Below are positions 1 through 12,270 of a DNA stretch of 64,000 nt, in pieces. The DNA is from Marsupella aquatica (lineage: Eukaryota > Plantae > Marchantiophyta), in contig OZ316896.1 of the NCBI GenBank assembly GCA_973895155.1, forward strand, positions 16,182,576-16,246,575, in the 5' to 3' direction. Position 1 is the first letter of the stretch. The number at the start of each line of letters is the position of its first letter. The notes below the pieces were generated by a model that saw only the letters and a list, made by a program, of their open reading frames with translations, was not told the origin of the DNA and did no database searches. Made by a program: the position numbers and the translations under genes.

Positions 1-582
1 AATGTGGGAATGAAAATACCAGAGCCGTTTCTACTGTAGATCAGTACCTATCTTTCGTAATTCTCGAGACCTACAGGAAGCCTTGCAGATGCCAATCTAT
101 GATTGTTATATATGACCCATCCGTCTGGAAATCTTCGCAATCAAATATTTTGAGATACACACAATCTGTTCCAAACCTCAGCCTCCAGAATGATGTCCCT
201 ACCGAAAGGCAAAGGAATCTTATTGCTTGAGATCAATGTCTCTCCTTGTGATCCTAAATCTTGAGGTTGATGAGTTGTTTAGGAAGACACGAAGCACATA
301 TCGACCTGAGCTCCAAACAATCATGAGCTGATTCTCTCCGCTGGTCAAACTGTTACGAAATCATTCTTCATGACATCATTCTCTGTTCCAGCTGTCCATA
401 TTGCCAGTCCTAAGGTTGAGATTGAGAAGCCAAAGCTCTGGAGAGTGGAGATTAAAGGTTTTCTGACAATTTTTTAATTAAGATCATGTCATTCTCCCAT
501 CTGTAGTGGTTATCTTGGAATCAGTCTCCACGAGATAGTTCTACTACTCATTCAAAAGCTGCACTCCTGTCCACACACATTC

Positions 583-2292
583 TAGGTATTTTAATAGACC
601 CCCAAACAAGAGTTCCTTGCTTATTCAATAGACTCCCAAACAAGAGTTTCCTGGTTGATCAACCCCCCCAAGTCCATTTGTTACCCAATCGGCTTTGTGA
701 CACTTTCTTAAGGATAGTTCCTGTGAGGAGCACTACTGGGAGACTTTACCACAGTAAACCCTAATTTTCTATGATACAAGCCCGTGGCCCCGCCCGTGGT
801 AAGCTGTAACTGTGTTGAGATAGCAGTGCGCCCACAATCAGCGTGTCATAAGTATGGCACCAGAATGCTAAGTATGGCACCAGATGCAGTCGTGGGTACT
901 TTTGTGTTTAAAGACAGAACTAGTATGGTCTTCAGTAGTTTAGGGGTTAGGTCTTCAGTAGTCTGTCCAATTTGGAATTGAGGATCTTATTTAGCCAGGA
1001 AGCAATAACTTTGTTAAGGAAAGTTTGCTGGCTGGGAAGCACTCCACTTCTGTGGTTATTTTTTAATACAATTAGGCTATCTGCCGAGTACATGTGCTTT
1101 GTGTGACAGATTAGTCTCCCACAATCACTTCAAATAGTTTGCATAAGCAACTTTGGTATGATATTGTATATTGAAATCAGATAATTTAGAGAGCTGTAGT
1201 CTACATAGATGGGTTGATAATGTGGAAGGTACTGAGGACTGACCACTTTGGTGTTACAAATCCCTAGAGCAGAATGTGCAAGGAAAAGACATTGGTGTGC
1301 ACATTTATGTGGATTGATGTTTATTGGTATGGAATGCAAATGGTATTCTAACAACTGGATAAAGAATTTGATCTCACTCTTTGCCAAATTGACCCTGGCA
1401 TTAAGCATTGGCAATTGCTGTATTTTCAGTGGACAAACTTGGAAAGTAGGAACAAACCAACTTTGGATGGCCCTACCTCAAACTAACTCTAAGCTAGGGG
1501 GTCCACTAACTAATTGTGAAGACAAAGGCCCATGTTTTGGATTGCTTATATAAATATTAAATTTTACAAAGGCACTTCAATAGTCACAAGCAAACAACTT
1601 GGGCATATGCAAAACCATTCTCCGCTTTTCCTCACATTCAATGAACCTTGTTTGCACACTGATATTGTCCTCTCCGACAACTGAAATCCCTAAGTCACAA
1701 CACTATAATGCCACCCAGATAGCATGTGAAGGCTGACCAAAAGACACTCAGCCTCCCAATAACCTCCACTATGACATATTCCCCCAAACCTTATGACTGA
1801 CAAAAGTTGTTGTGACAAAATGTGAAGCAATGAATATGATCTGGATTGCATTTTGTGAGGAGAATTTAAGTAAGAACATTTGAAGACATTACACATATTG
1901 TCTTCACATAATTTCTGAGATCCTCGATAGCGGCAGTCTCAGCCAGCCCTAAACCAAGTGGTTGACTGTTTGGTCAAGTTGCTTGCACCCATGGAAGCGG
2001 TCATGTAGACTGCAATCACAATACACTCAGGGTTATGCCATGAATTGGGTTCACATTCTCATATGTCATAGTATACGGTTAATGCCCCATACAAGGAAAT
2101 TTCACCAAAAACTATTAGAGGCACAGTTTGGTGGCTTAGTTCATGTCAAAAAGCTTTCTGGGTACATAAAACACCTGTGAAATGTCTTCTTTCTCAGCAA
2201 TTTTGGCGAAGGGGTTGATTGGGTAACAAGCGGACTTGGGGGGTTGATCAAGCAAGAAACTATTGTTTGGGGGTGTATTAAGTATATACCTC
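583..2292. mobile_element. Non-autonomous Mutator-like element (MULE)
   Basis: Long imperfect terminal inverted repeats: ~583-690 (aggtattttaatagacccccaaacaag...gttgatcaaccccccca agtccatttgttacccaatc) versus ~2218-2292 (gattgggtaacaagcggacttggggggttgatcaagcaagaaactattgtttgggggtgtattaagtatatacctc). Flanked by an exact 9-bp direct repeat CACACATTC (574-582, 2293-2301), the TSD length typical of Mutator. No intact transposase inside. Confidence 0.8.
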
Positions 2293-2489
2293 CACACATT
2301 CATCTATAGATTCACTAATTGAATGGTAGATTCTCGGGTAGATTAATGCGGGATTAATGTTGAGACTTGGGAGGTTTGGCAAGGTAACTCCAACCCTGTG
2401 GTGTGGAAATAAATAATATCAACTCGGGTAGTGGGGAGGTATGTATGGTCGACTTGCATGGGAGGGCATAACAACTCGCCAGAGGGAAC

Positions 2490-2830
2490 CAGGTCTGTCA
2501 TGGAACCTGGCTCCCGCCACTGGGAGTGGGAGTGTCCAACCCCCACCCAAAACTTTTTCCAAGGAGATCCAAAAATTCCTGACTTTGATTTTACGGACTG
2601 CTGCGACATTGCACAAATATGTTCAACAGGGGAGGCATGAAAATTAATGCAAATGTCATCCCAAACGAGATCCCAAACTGGCTGATTCTACCATGGAACA
2701 TTGGCCCCGCCATTGGGAGTGGGAGTGGGAGTGTCCAAACCCCCCACCCCAATGATTTTTTATGGAATCCAAAAATTCCCGACTTTGACTCATGGGATGC
2801 TTGAATATGACATTGCAAGAATATGTCCGA
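2490..2830. repeat. Diverged ~200-bp tandem duplication
   Basis: The block catggaac..ggc(t/c)ccgcca(c/t)tgggagtgggagtgtccaa..ccccaccc..tccaaaaattcc(t/c)gactttga occurs twice, at ~2500 and ~2692. Confidence 0.7.
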
Positions 2831-5418
2831 CAACATGGAAGAGTGAAATGCAAATGCCATCCCAAATGGCTGATTCACCAACTCAGAAGGATGCAACCCA
2901 CTACCCGTGTCTGCCTGCCCAAGTGTTGTGATCAATGGGAAATTCCTTGAATGGGGTCTCCCAGAAGGTAAGTAAATAATTACTTTTTGGCCTGAAAACG
3001 TGACCAGTGCCTTGGGTCTCGCAAATCTTTTGATATATTTGTAAGGCTCTCTATCCCAACAAAGGATTACCCCAAGTCTTTACAAACACTAATCTATGAG
3101 ATTTCTCTGCAAATTGATTGCATTGTAATGGCCCATACTACTGAATGGTTGTAGATTGTCCCCAGCTGCGGTACAACAAATCTTCCACCATCCGGCTGTT
3201 CCTGAATGCGCATCCAGGTTGCTTATCTTTAAAATGAAGTGTCCATTTCAAATCTAGGGTCCACAACAGCCACAGATTAGGGCTTTCAAAAGGGAGTACA
3301 TGGAGATTTTTTGGACTGCTTCAACTTTGTTTTGTTGCTTTTCCACTTAGCATTCCGGTTGCTAGTTACTGTGGCGGGTTTTTGTCTGGGCTTGTATTGT
3401 TTCTTTGTCTGCTGCTTTATGGTGATGTAGTAGTGGTGGGCTGAATGAGTGTTGCCATTTTTACTACAACATCAGGTGAGTATCTTCTCCATGGAATGCT
3501 GGTAATATTGGACACATCTGAAGCTTCTACTTCATTTGATCATTTTTGGCAGAGCTTCCAAAGTAGAGTTAGTGAGCTGTGTAATGGGCAGCTATTTTGC
3601 ACAGTTTGGAGGGCACTTCAGTAGGCCCTACATGCATGGGCTGAATAGTCTTGACTCCTATTCCTTTTGAAGGGCCTTTTGATGATGCCTGAAGTCATTT
3701 CGATATACCATTTTATTTATTATATCCGATTCGGAAGTCATTTTTTCATTTCCTTGGGCAGTTTCTCTTAACAAGAATTGGTTCGTTTGGATTCTGGCCT
3801 ATGATGGTATGTTTACTTATTTTGCCGATTGGATTTGTATATGAATGGAAAAAGGGCGCTTTAGATTGGGAGTAACTCTTCATTCGTGAAAGCAAATGGA
3901 GTGGAAAGAAAAAAATATAAGCCTGCAGGCCTGAAGCTCTCATTAGAGCTCTCATCACTCTCTTTCTCCCTCTCCTGGCACTTTGTTGGTCCAAAGGGCA
4001 CAAAACTTGTCGGGTATCTATCGTGTGTGGATTCCAGCCAAAAAGGAATTTTGGCTCTTCTGTGCCCCCGACCCGCTTGGCGGTTTAATTAATCCTCCGG
4101 ATTGGAATTCCTAAATGTTTGTCTGTATTGTCCCTCTGAATTTGACACCCTTGCACTAGTTATCCTGATAGTTATCTGCACACCCTTTGTGATTCAGTCT
4201 ACAACTTTGAATTCCTAACCTGTCCCAAACTACTCAATATTCCTAATGTGTCCCCCAAACAAAATTAATTATAAACCTGCCCCCCCCCCCCCCATTTTGA
4301 ATGTATTTGGGTGTTAACTCATAAGGGTTCCTGCTGCAATATGGCAAGTTGTTACTGGCTAGCCTGAACCCCCCTCTGTGCCCCTTCCCTGCTGCATTTT
4401 CCTGAGTAAAAGGGAGGGCCAGTGTCGGGATGTTTTGAGGGGAGTGGAGCTAAAGACAACTTGTTTTCACCCCTCGAAGACCTGTGACTGTGCCCTGCCA
4501 CAGGGAAGGCCAAGGGGGTTGAGGCTTGCCAGTAGCAACTTGTCACATGGCAATGGGAACCCCTGTACATGCAAGTTAATACTAACCCAAATATTCTGTT
4601 ACTTTGTGTCCGCCAATATTTTGCATTCGGGTTGCATTACTAGTGATCAATCCATTCTTTACTTCAATCATTCAGATATGTCCCTCTGCCATCATAATGG
4701 CCTGATGCATTTGAGTCATAGTTGCTTTGCATTTCTCATGCAGCACCAAAATCTCTATAGTTACTTGCTAATTTGATGGTGCAATTTATCTTAATTTCCA
4801 GCACTAAATGCTCTCTTTCGTGTTCTCTCCATTGTTCAGCTTTGGGTTGTTGGCATATGCTATGACTCTAAGCTCAAGCACCAACCGGCAAGAAGGCATG
4901 CTTGAATGGAAAGGAGATACTCCCCCATGCTACTTTGTTGTTGCGTAGTGGTTCGAGTGTCATAAGTGGCAGACATTAACTCTTAGGTCTATAATTACTA
5001 TGTAACCACAGTAAATCTAATCATAGTCAGGTGCATGGTTAAGGTTAAATGTGCAATTACTATCACTAACAAGACTTAGTTATTTAGTGAGTGAAATTTT
5101 GGTTCATTGTTACAAGACAAGTTGAGAGATAGGAATAGCTTAGTCTGGGGAGACTCAATGTGATCTACAAACTTATATAAGAATTCATTAAAGTTTTCTT
5201 GTGTGTGGACATAACCTTTTGTCAGGTGAACTACATATCTCCTATGTATCCTACTTATTTGTTCGTCAAACATAGCTCCTATGTCAACTACTTCCGTGTT
5301 TGTTAAATGTTGCATATATGCATGTTGTCTTATAAGTAACTATTGTGTACTGAACAACATTCCTGCAAACAAAGACTCTTGTGTTTTCTAATTTGTTTAA
5401 GGAACAGAACATTGAAGA

Positions 5419-5574
5419 TGTTAGGTTATGCCTCTAATATAACCTATATACTTCCATAGTACTAGCTAGATTTCAGTAGACTATGATAACACTAGTTTGA
5501 GTTCCAGGTTCCCATAGACCATGGGAAAGGGTATATCCAAGAGGAAGACAAACTTGTACTCATACTTGAAGGTT

Positions 5575-5611
<37 letters not shown>

Positions 5612-5774
5612 ACATTGGCTATGGCAGGTGTAATTATTTTGCATTACTGAATTTCTCGTATGACCGTGGACGTAACCTAGACAAGGTGAATCACATACTT
5701 TCATTGTCGGAGTCTATGGATGAATGTTCACACATGTTGATATTGTCTTGTTCGGTCTAGATCATAACCCAACA
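5419..5774 (+). mobile_element. Solo LTR, Copia-like, containing a (GA)n microsatellite
   Basis: Termini TGTTAGG...CCCAACA; flanks gaaga/caaga (5-bp TSD, 1 mismatch). Shares the ccgtggacgta(a/g)cct...ggtgaa(t/c)cac motif with the Copia LTRs at 22712 and 30921. (GA)n run at ~5578-5610. Confidence 0.6.
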
Positions 5775-8401
5775 CAAGAGCCTAGCAACTAGCAAACACA
5801 CTCATGGCTATGCTCCATTCCATCATACACATGTGAAGCTATAGTAAGGTTTAGGGTTTAGTGTACTGAGTGGAGTGTCCAAGGACTACCATCATCCAAG
5901 TTCCTAGACAGACATGAATCCTTTCAGTGCACCCTGCTTCTCTTGACAAATGGGGCTATGGGTCCCCTAAACAATTTCTATGTGTTTGAGAGATTGGTCC
6001 TGTGTTGACAAGTGGGCTGTTAATAGATTAAACAGAAATGTGTGTTTAGGAGATTGGATGCCATAGCTATGCCAGAGGACCTTGTAGCACACAATTGCAG
6101 TACCCCTGCTAACAAAATTCTTTGAGCAATTGAATAAGAACGATGGAGCTTTTGTACCAAGCATAAGGGTCTCGAGTCTACAGTCCACTGAATCTTCTTT
6201 TGAGCAAGTGACAAAGAACTATGGAGCTTTGTACCCAAGCCAGACCCTACTCCACATTCCACTGAATCCTAAGTCCAAAGTAAGAAGCCAGAATCCAATA
6301 CTCAAGTAAGGATGAGCCAATTTTTTGCATGAGGACTAGTCCTATATTAAGCAGGTTGGCATTTTGTGAGTTGGCATTTTGTGAGTTTTGGCCATGGAAA
6401 GCGCAGGCGCAATTAACAATCCCAGAACCTACAAGAGACCTAAAGAATGTGGCAAGTTACTTTCTAATCTCCGCAAATATGAATAATTCCAATCTACTAC
6501 AATATTCCAATGTTGATATCAACATTGTGCAATGTGGCAAGCCACGGTTTGAAAGCACTACTCTCTAACCTCCATATGATCCAATTTTTGCCATCGACAA
6601 TGTTTCCATAGCCAAGATCGTCAACTACCCATGATTGTAGGGACTGTGATTGGAGATAGTTGGTGAATCTAAAAATGGAGGAAAGGAGAATTTCACTGGA
6701 TTGATCTGAAGGATTTCTGCAGGAATTTAACCAGGTCCGTGATCAAATCAGAAAGGGCTGAACTGAATTATTGTACACTGCTGGCCTGTCAATGTGGAAA
6801 GCCACGGATTTGAGGCCTTCCTTTCTGCACCTCGCACAGTAAAACTGATGTACAATTAGTTGTAGCGCAGCTCCAAGAGCTCCGTTTTCGAGGCAGACAC
6901 AGGCGAGGCCCCAGGCCAACATCGCCTGAAAGGACGCAAGCTCGAAACGCCGCAACTCTGAAAGGCGCAGCTGTTCAAAGATTTCGAAATATTCGATATG
7001 GTTTTCACGTCACCTGGGCTCAAATCTTGAAATTTGGGCTGACATTTCTGATGTATTAACATCGAACGGTTTTTTTTTTTGTTTTGGTTTTTTGGAACCA
7101 ATCCCAAATGAGCTTAGAGGAAAATACTGCCATCCCCTGAAAAAACGTAGGGCCACAGGACAGAAAGCTCGTTATGCATGCATTGTATTGTTCAGCCTTC
7201 AGGAGGTAACAGGACTTGATTTTTCAAAAGTGCGTAGATGTGTTGGGAATAGCAAATTACTGTAATCGCCTCACTGCTAGATACCTGTACGCAACATATT
7301 CCCGTCTCAAGCTCCCTACTTAGTGTCACGGAACGACATGGCACAGAGAGAGAAACATGAACCTACAGACGGAGCTCAGTAGGGATAGCAACCAGAAAAC
7401 ACTGTGTTTTCGTTCGTCGATCAATCCTGGATAGTTCCACAAGCTCAGCATTGTGTTCAAAAAGTGAAGGTTTGGCATCAGTGACTAGCAAATGTTCATT
7501 CAAACAGAAGAATCTGTTTGTGGTTGGTTACTTTCTTGGATATAGCTTGGAGCCCTGCCCCGATTAGTTACCATATATCTACTATATACTATATCAAATG
7601 GAAAATGCCGAGCCTTCAACGAATTATTTGACAATTCTGGCGCATGGTATCATCTTCCTCTGATTACCCTCATATGCTTTTGGATGCTAGTAACTACGTC
7701 AATTCTACTGCCGCATCCTCTTTGATTATTAGAATCATGACGCCTTCCCGCCAACAATTTTCATCAGCCCAACATGGTTTTCCTGACGAAACCGAAAATC
7801 TGACTCCGAGTTATCCATCTAGCTGATCGAAAATTTCTCTGCCCTGATTTTGATGGATGCATACACAACTCTTTCCATGAAATCTTGATTAAAGAAGGTT
7901 TTAAGGGAGCCATATTCCCTATGCGCCTAATCCCAAATCTACTTAATGTAGATCATCCAATTAAACCCTAAACGTTCATTTCCATCTAAAAAGTGCATGA
8001 ATTGTACTTTATTCCATTATTATTTTTGGATATAAGATAACATTAACTTAGGAATCTACCAAAGTTTAACTCTTAGATCTGAATCGTACGTCAGATTTAA
8101 GTTGGTTCGTCCTTCGCAAAAGTTTTAATTTTGAATGGGAATAAGCATTTCGAGAGTCATGATCACTTTGGCAGTCCTCTCATTCAGACCAATCGCTGAT
8201 AATTATTCGAACCAAACAGTCGTCAACTCTTAGTACCAGGATATAATCTAGCTCGAGCGCAAATTTTGACTTAGGTTGCTGATTTCATGCAGGAGGCTGG
8301 GCAACCACAGTACATGATCGCTTATATAGCAGTTTTCAAAATCGCTCTGCCCCTCTAGTTCCATCACTGGAATTCCAAATTTCATAGCAGTACAACTAGA
8401 G

Positions 8402-10789
8402 ATGGCGGCTTGTACCCAAAGGTTGACGTCCCCGTGTAGCAAAAACAACGAGGCAGCAGATCCAAACTCAAAGCCCGCGCAATGCTCGCCATGTTGCGTC
8501 AAAGGCCCAAAGCTTCCAAAGAAGAATTCGACGTCACTTCTATCACCAAATCATTACCAGGTGCCGAAAAAAAAGATAAGTTCGTGCTGCAGACGAAAAA
8601 CGGAGGAGGTAGAATACCTACATTACTCTGGGGACCAACTGGATGACGTCTTTGCAAACCCACCTAAGAAAAAGGGTTCCTGCTGTTCCTCAGGCAAGCA
8701 AACTCCAAAGAAAAGACGTCTATGTGCCTCCCGTTGTTCTTCAGGCGTGCAAACATCGCCAAAAGTATCAAATCAAATTTGTCAAAAACCCTACGTCAGA
8801 ACCCCTTCAACAAGTTTTCCAGGACCCCACTGTCATGGCGGGCAGTCGCCCTTAAGCCAAACGCACAAAAAAAATTCAGTAAATTTTTCTCCAATACCCA
8901 CCCAATCCCTAGCAGCCAGCCACAAAACACCAATTCTAGGCCAGTCTCCCACATCCCAAAGACGAAGAAAAGGTCCAGTATATTTCTCACAGCCTGGAGC
9001 TTCTCCAAAACCCACGTCCCAACCCCTCACTAGTTCACCCAAATCACCATCCAATGGCCAGCAACCGTCCAAAAAGGCAAATTCAAGGTGTTCATCCCGG
9101 CCAGAATCGCCATCAAAAGAGCTAGCTAGTTGCCCAAAATCCTGCTGCCAATTCCCTCCCTCGGCCCAACCTCCAAAACATTTCCACCTATATCGACCTG
9201 TATCTTGGCCTGCAGAAATCCCAACGGACTCAACCTGGAGGGATCTGACCTCGAGTGATTACGATCGCATAGATGGCCAGCCACCCTCTACACCACCGTC
9301 AACATCAGCAAGGCCATCCTCTGACTGCTTCGCCCAAAACCCACCCATCCCACGCCTCACTGCTGATGCTTGGACCTCGGCAACTTCCCCGATCATGCCA
9401 ACTTCGGCGGCACCAGACCCTCAACAACGTAAGTCAATCTTGAAACAATACCCAAGCACGGTGGCCTCGACCACGGTAGCATCCGCGACACCAGACCCCG
9501 AACAACTTCACACAATCCTGAAAGTATACCCAACCCAAAATGCGGGGCCCTCGGTCATGGTGGCATCCCCAACACTAGACCCTGAACAACTTCAGTCAAT
9601 CCTGAAAGTATACCCACGCCAAAATGCGGGGCCCTCGGTCATGGTGGCATCCCCAACACCAGACCCTGAACAACGTCAGTCAATTCTGAAAGTGTGCCCA
9701 GGCCAATATGCGGGGTCGATGGTGGCATCCCCGACACCGGACCCTGAACAACGTAAGTCAATCCTGCAACTCAGCCCAACCAAAAGGGCAGACGCCTCGA
9801 CCTCGATAGCATCCCCGACACAGACCCTGCCACCAGTGTATCACAAATCACAGACGATTCAGATGTGTAGCCCAACATTAGTTGTAAATTCCTCAGGCTC
9901 CACCAGGTCATGCTCAAGTTCGTCCAGCCGAGACAACTCGCCCTCAAGATTATCAAGTTCATGCTTTTTTTTTGCTCGATCTCCAAAACGCTCACGCCCA
10001 AGCCTAGCCACGTTAGATAGGAGCCCTCAGAAGTCGAAGTCTCTCCGCATCTCTGCCCCATCAGCAGAAGTATTACATCGCTCAACCTCAGCTTCATCAG
10101 AACTAGTCCCGAGAAATTGTCCCCAACATGCTCAGCAGGGCTCAAGATCGCGATCCGATGCAATGCCGCCACACTACGGTAAATTGCCCCTAAGACCACA
10201 AAGTGACCCTATCCCATCTACACATTACGAGCAGTCAGCCACTTCGAGCTATGATTCTCGAGCCCAAACAAGATCAAGGACAGGCCTACAAGATACTCCA
10301 CATGATCTCGAAGTCTCCAGTCTGAAAGACCTGACAACAACAGTTCAACAGAGTGAATCGCCCTCGAGACCACCGGCTAGTTCGTGGTTTAGGAAGCCCA
10401 GTTGCGCTGGACCATGGACAGCAAGAAACTTTTGGGCTCGCCTGTGGAATAAATCTACAAGCCTAACTTCAGCTGGATGCCGCTTACAGGACCTGGCATC
10501 TTTACTCAGTCCCATTCTCTCGGCATCGAAGGGTCCTGCGAATCCACAATATATCAAGGACCAGCGGTGGATTGAATGCAGTGATACCCGAGCGTTCTTC
10601 ATCTTTGGAGTCAATGTGGTCATTGTAATTTTTCTCACCTATTTTGTGGATCTACTGCACGATGGGAAACAAAAAGTAGAGGCTGTCAAGGCAGCTGATC
10701 ACAGTGATAACTCAAGGTGTTGCCATCACCAACAGCCACCTTCTCAGTATCGAGGCTATCCTGTGTACAATGTAGACATCATCAAGTAG
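8402..10789 (+). CDS. Intronless 795-aa Ser/Pro/Thr-rich protein with five ~26-28-aa internal repeats and a C-terminal transmembrane helix; function unknown
   Basis: 2.4-kb uninterrupted ATG-to-TAG frame. Repeats of type ASPTPDPEQRQSILKVYP at ~9400-9830. Hydrophobic segment FFIFGVNVVIVIFLTYFVDLL near the C-terminus. Confidence 0.7.
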   Translation: MAACTQRLTSPCSKNNEAADPNSKPAQCSPCCVKGPKLPKKNSTSLLSPNHYQVPKKKISSCCRRKTEEVEYLHYSGDQLDDVFANPPKKKGSCCSSGKQTPKKRRLCASRCSSGVQTSPKVSNQICQKPYVRTPSTSFPGPHCHGGQSPLSQTHKKNSVNFSPIPTQSLAASHKTPILGQSPTSQRRRKGPVYFSQPGASPKPTSQPLTSSPKSPSNGQQPSKKANSRCSSRPESPSKELASCPKSCCQFPPSAQPPKHFHLYRPVSWPAEIPTDSTWRDLTSSDYDRIDGQPPSTPPSTSARPSSDCFAQNPPIPRLTADAWTSATSPIMPTSAAPDPQQRKSILKQYPSTVASTTVASATPDPEQLHTILKVYPTQNAGPSVMVASPTLDPEQLQSILKVYPRQNAGPSVMVASPTPDPEQRQSILKVCPGQYAGSMVASPTPDPEQRKSILQLSPTKRADASTSIASPTQTLPPVYHKSQTIQMCSPTLVVNSSGSTRSCSSSSSRDNSPSRLSSSCFFFARSPKRSRPSLATLDRSPQKSKSLRISAPSAEVLHRSTSASSELVPRNCPQHAQQGSRSRSDAMPPHYGKLPLRPQSDPIPSTHYEQSATSSYDSRAQTRSRTGLQDTPHDLEVSSLKDLTTTVQQSESPSRPPASSWFRKPSCAGPWTARNFWARLWNKSTSLTSAGCRLQDLASLLSPILSASKGPANPQYIKDQRWIECSDTRAFFIFGVNVVIVIFLTYFVDLLHDGKQKVEAVKAADHSDNSRCCHHQQPPSQYRGYPVYNVDIIK
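9400..9830 (+). repeat. Coding tandem repeat, 78-84-bp unit, ~5 copies
   Basis: The motif gaccc(t/c)(g/c)aacaac(g/t)t..caat..tg(a/c)aa recurs at ~9412, 9491, 9575, 9659 and 9737; all spacings keep the reading frame. Confidence 0.85.
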
Positions 10790-12270
10790 GAAATAGGCAA
10801 GAATTAGTCGTTGAGACTTTTTAGTTTCCCAAGCAAATGGACGTGGAGCAGACAACCACGGTGAATATATCATCAACCTATGATACCTCTCCGCAAGCTA
10901 CATCGATGAATCATCAGAGATTATTCATCAGCGTTATGAGCTTTGCTAAAATAAATATTTTTTGGTTTGGGCGTATATTGGACTCAAGTCACTCCCAAGT
11001 GTATCAAACGATAGCGGTTGAGCTCAACAACTTACGAAGCACAGGTAGCCCGAGTGATGGCCTTCACGGATTGTTATCGCCGAATTCTGTGGAATACGAG
11101 ACCAAGATTTCTCCCGCACACACTAGCGTCATAAGGATTCTGGTGGAGGAAAATCCACGGCAACAAGGCTAAAGCTGAGAATTGCCAACAGTGTCACATG
11201 GTGCCAATTCAGCCTTACAAGCAAGATAGGCAACTACGTTAGTTTCTAGCTGCAGCGATTGAGTACAAATGACGAGAGGCATCATTTTTTATTTCGATGA
11301 GATAAGTTGCCAGGTTGCTTATCGCAGGCTTACATCAAGCGCCAACTTGCTGCAGGATACCGGCAGCACCATTTTATCTAGATCCAATCTTATGGTGCAT
11401 TTGAGTTTGGGGTGCTACTTAGACAAGGTTTGATGACAGGCCACATGCTGAATCCTTCTCTTCACTTCGAGGAAAAAGATTTTCTCTGCGATCAGTCAAG
11501 CAGGTTTTCAGAGTCATTTCTGTCGCATCTAACACTGGGCATAAGATCACGTGCAGCAGTGACATTTTAAACTTCGATCTGTTCATAGTTGAATCATGCA
11601 AGCGCAGCCAATTTCACCATATGGATACATTTGTACAACAACCACCCTTGGTGACGAAAAGCAGAAGGATTAGTAAATCATAATCGGTAACGTTTGGAGA
11701 AAAGAAATATATTTATACTCATGGAATGGAAACACTCCCCAGAAGAAATGTTCTAACCCGATTCATCTTTACGGCAAACCCTACCAATTGACTTACACAC
11801 TATACCATTTCCAGGATGTAAAGTATGACTCAATGGTAGTGAAGCAATTAGAGTATTTTCTTCAGACTCACTCATGCAATTATTACAAGTTTGAATAATC
11901 AGTGCACTACTGAAGCGTACTCCCCTGTTCGCTACAACAGCCTACTCCATAAACCATCTCTGCCCGTGACAAAGAAAGAAAGGACCAATTTATCGCAAAG
12001 TAGCCAAGCAAAGTATTGACTAAAATTGGAGAAATGAGTTTAGAGAGTTCCTGCCTATTTGATCAAAATATTGTGAATCTGCGCTCATTGTAGGAGAAAC
12101 TTAGGACTTTGAATTCCGGGAAAGTACATATCGGTAAGAGGTTAATATGCTTATGTCTGTTGTTACCCTAACAGAGCATGCTTTTTGCTCAGAGTTAAGG
12201 CTCCTCAAAAACCATTTTTCCATCAGCGTTTGCCGTTTTGCAGAGATCAGCTTCTACCATGATAGTTGCA

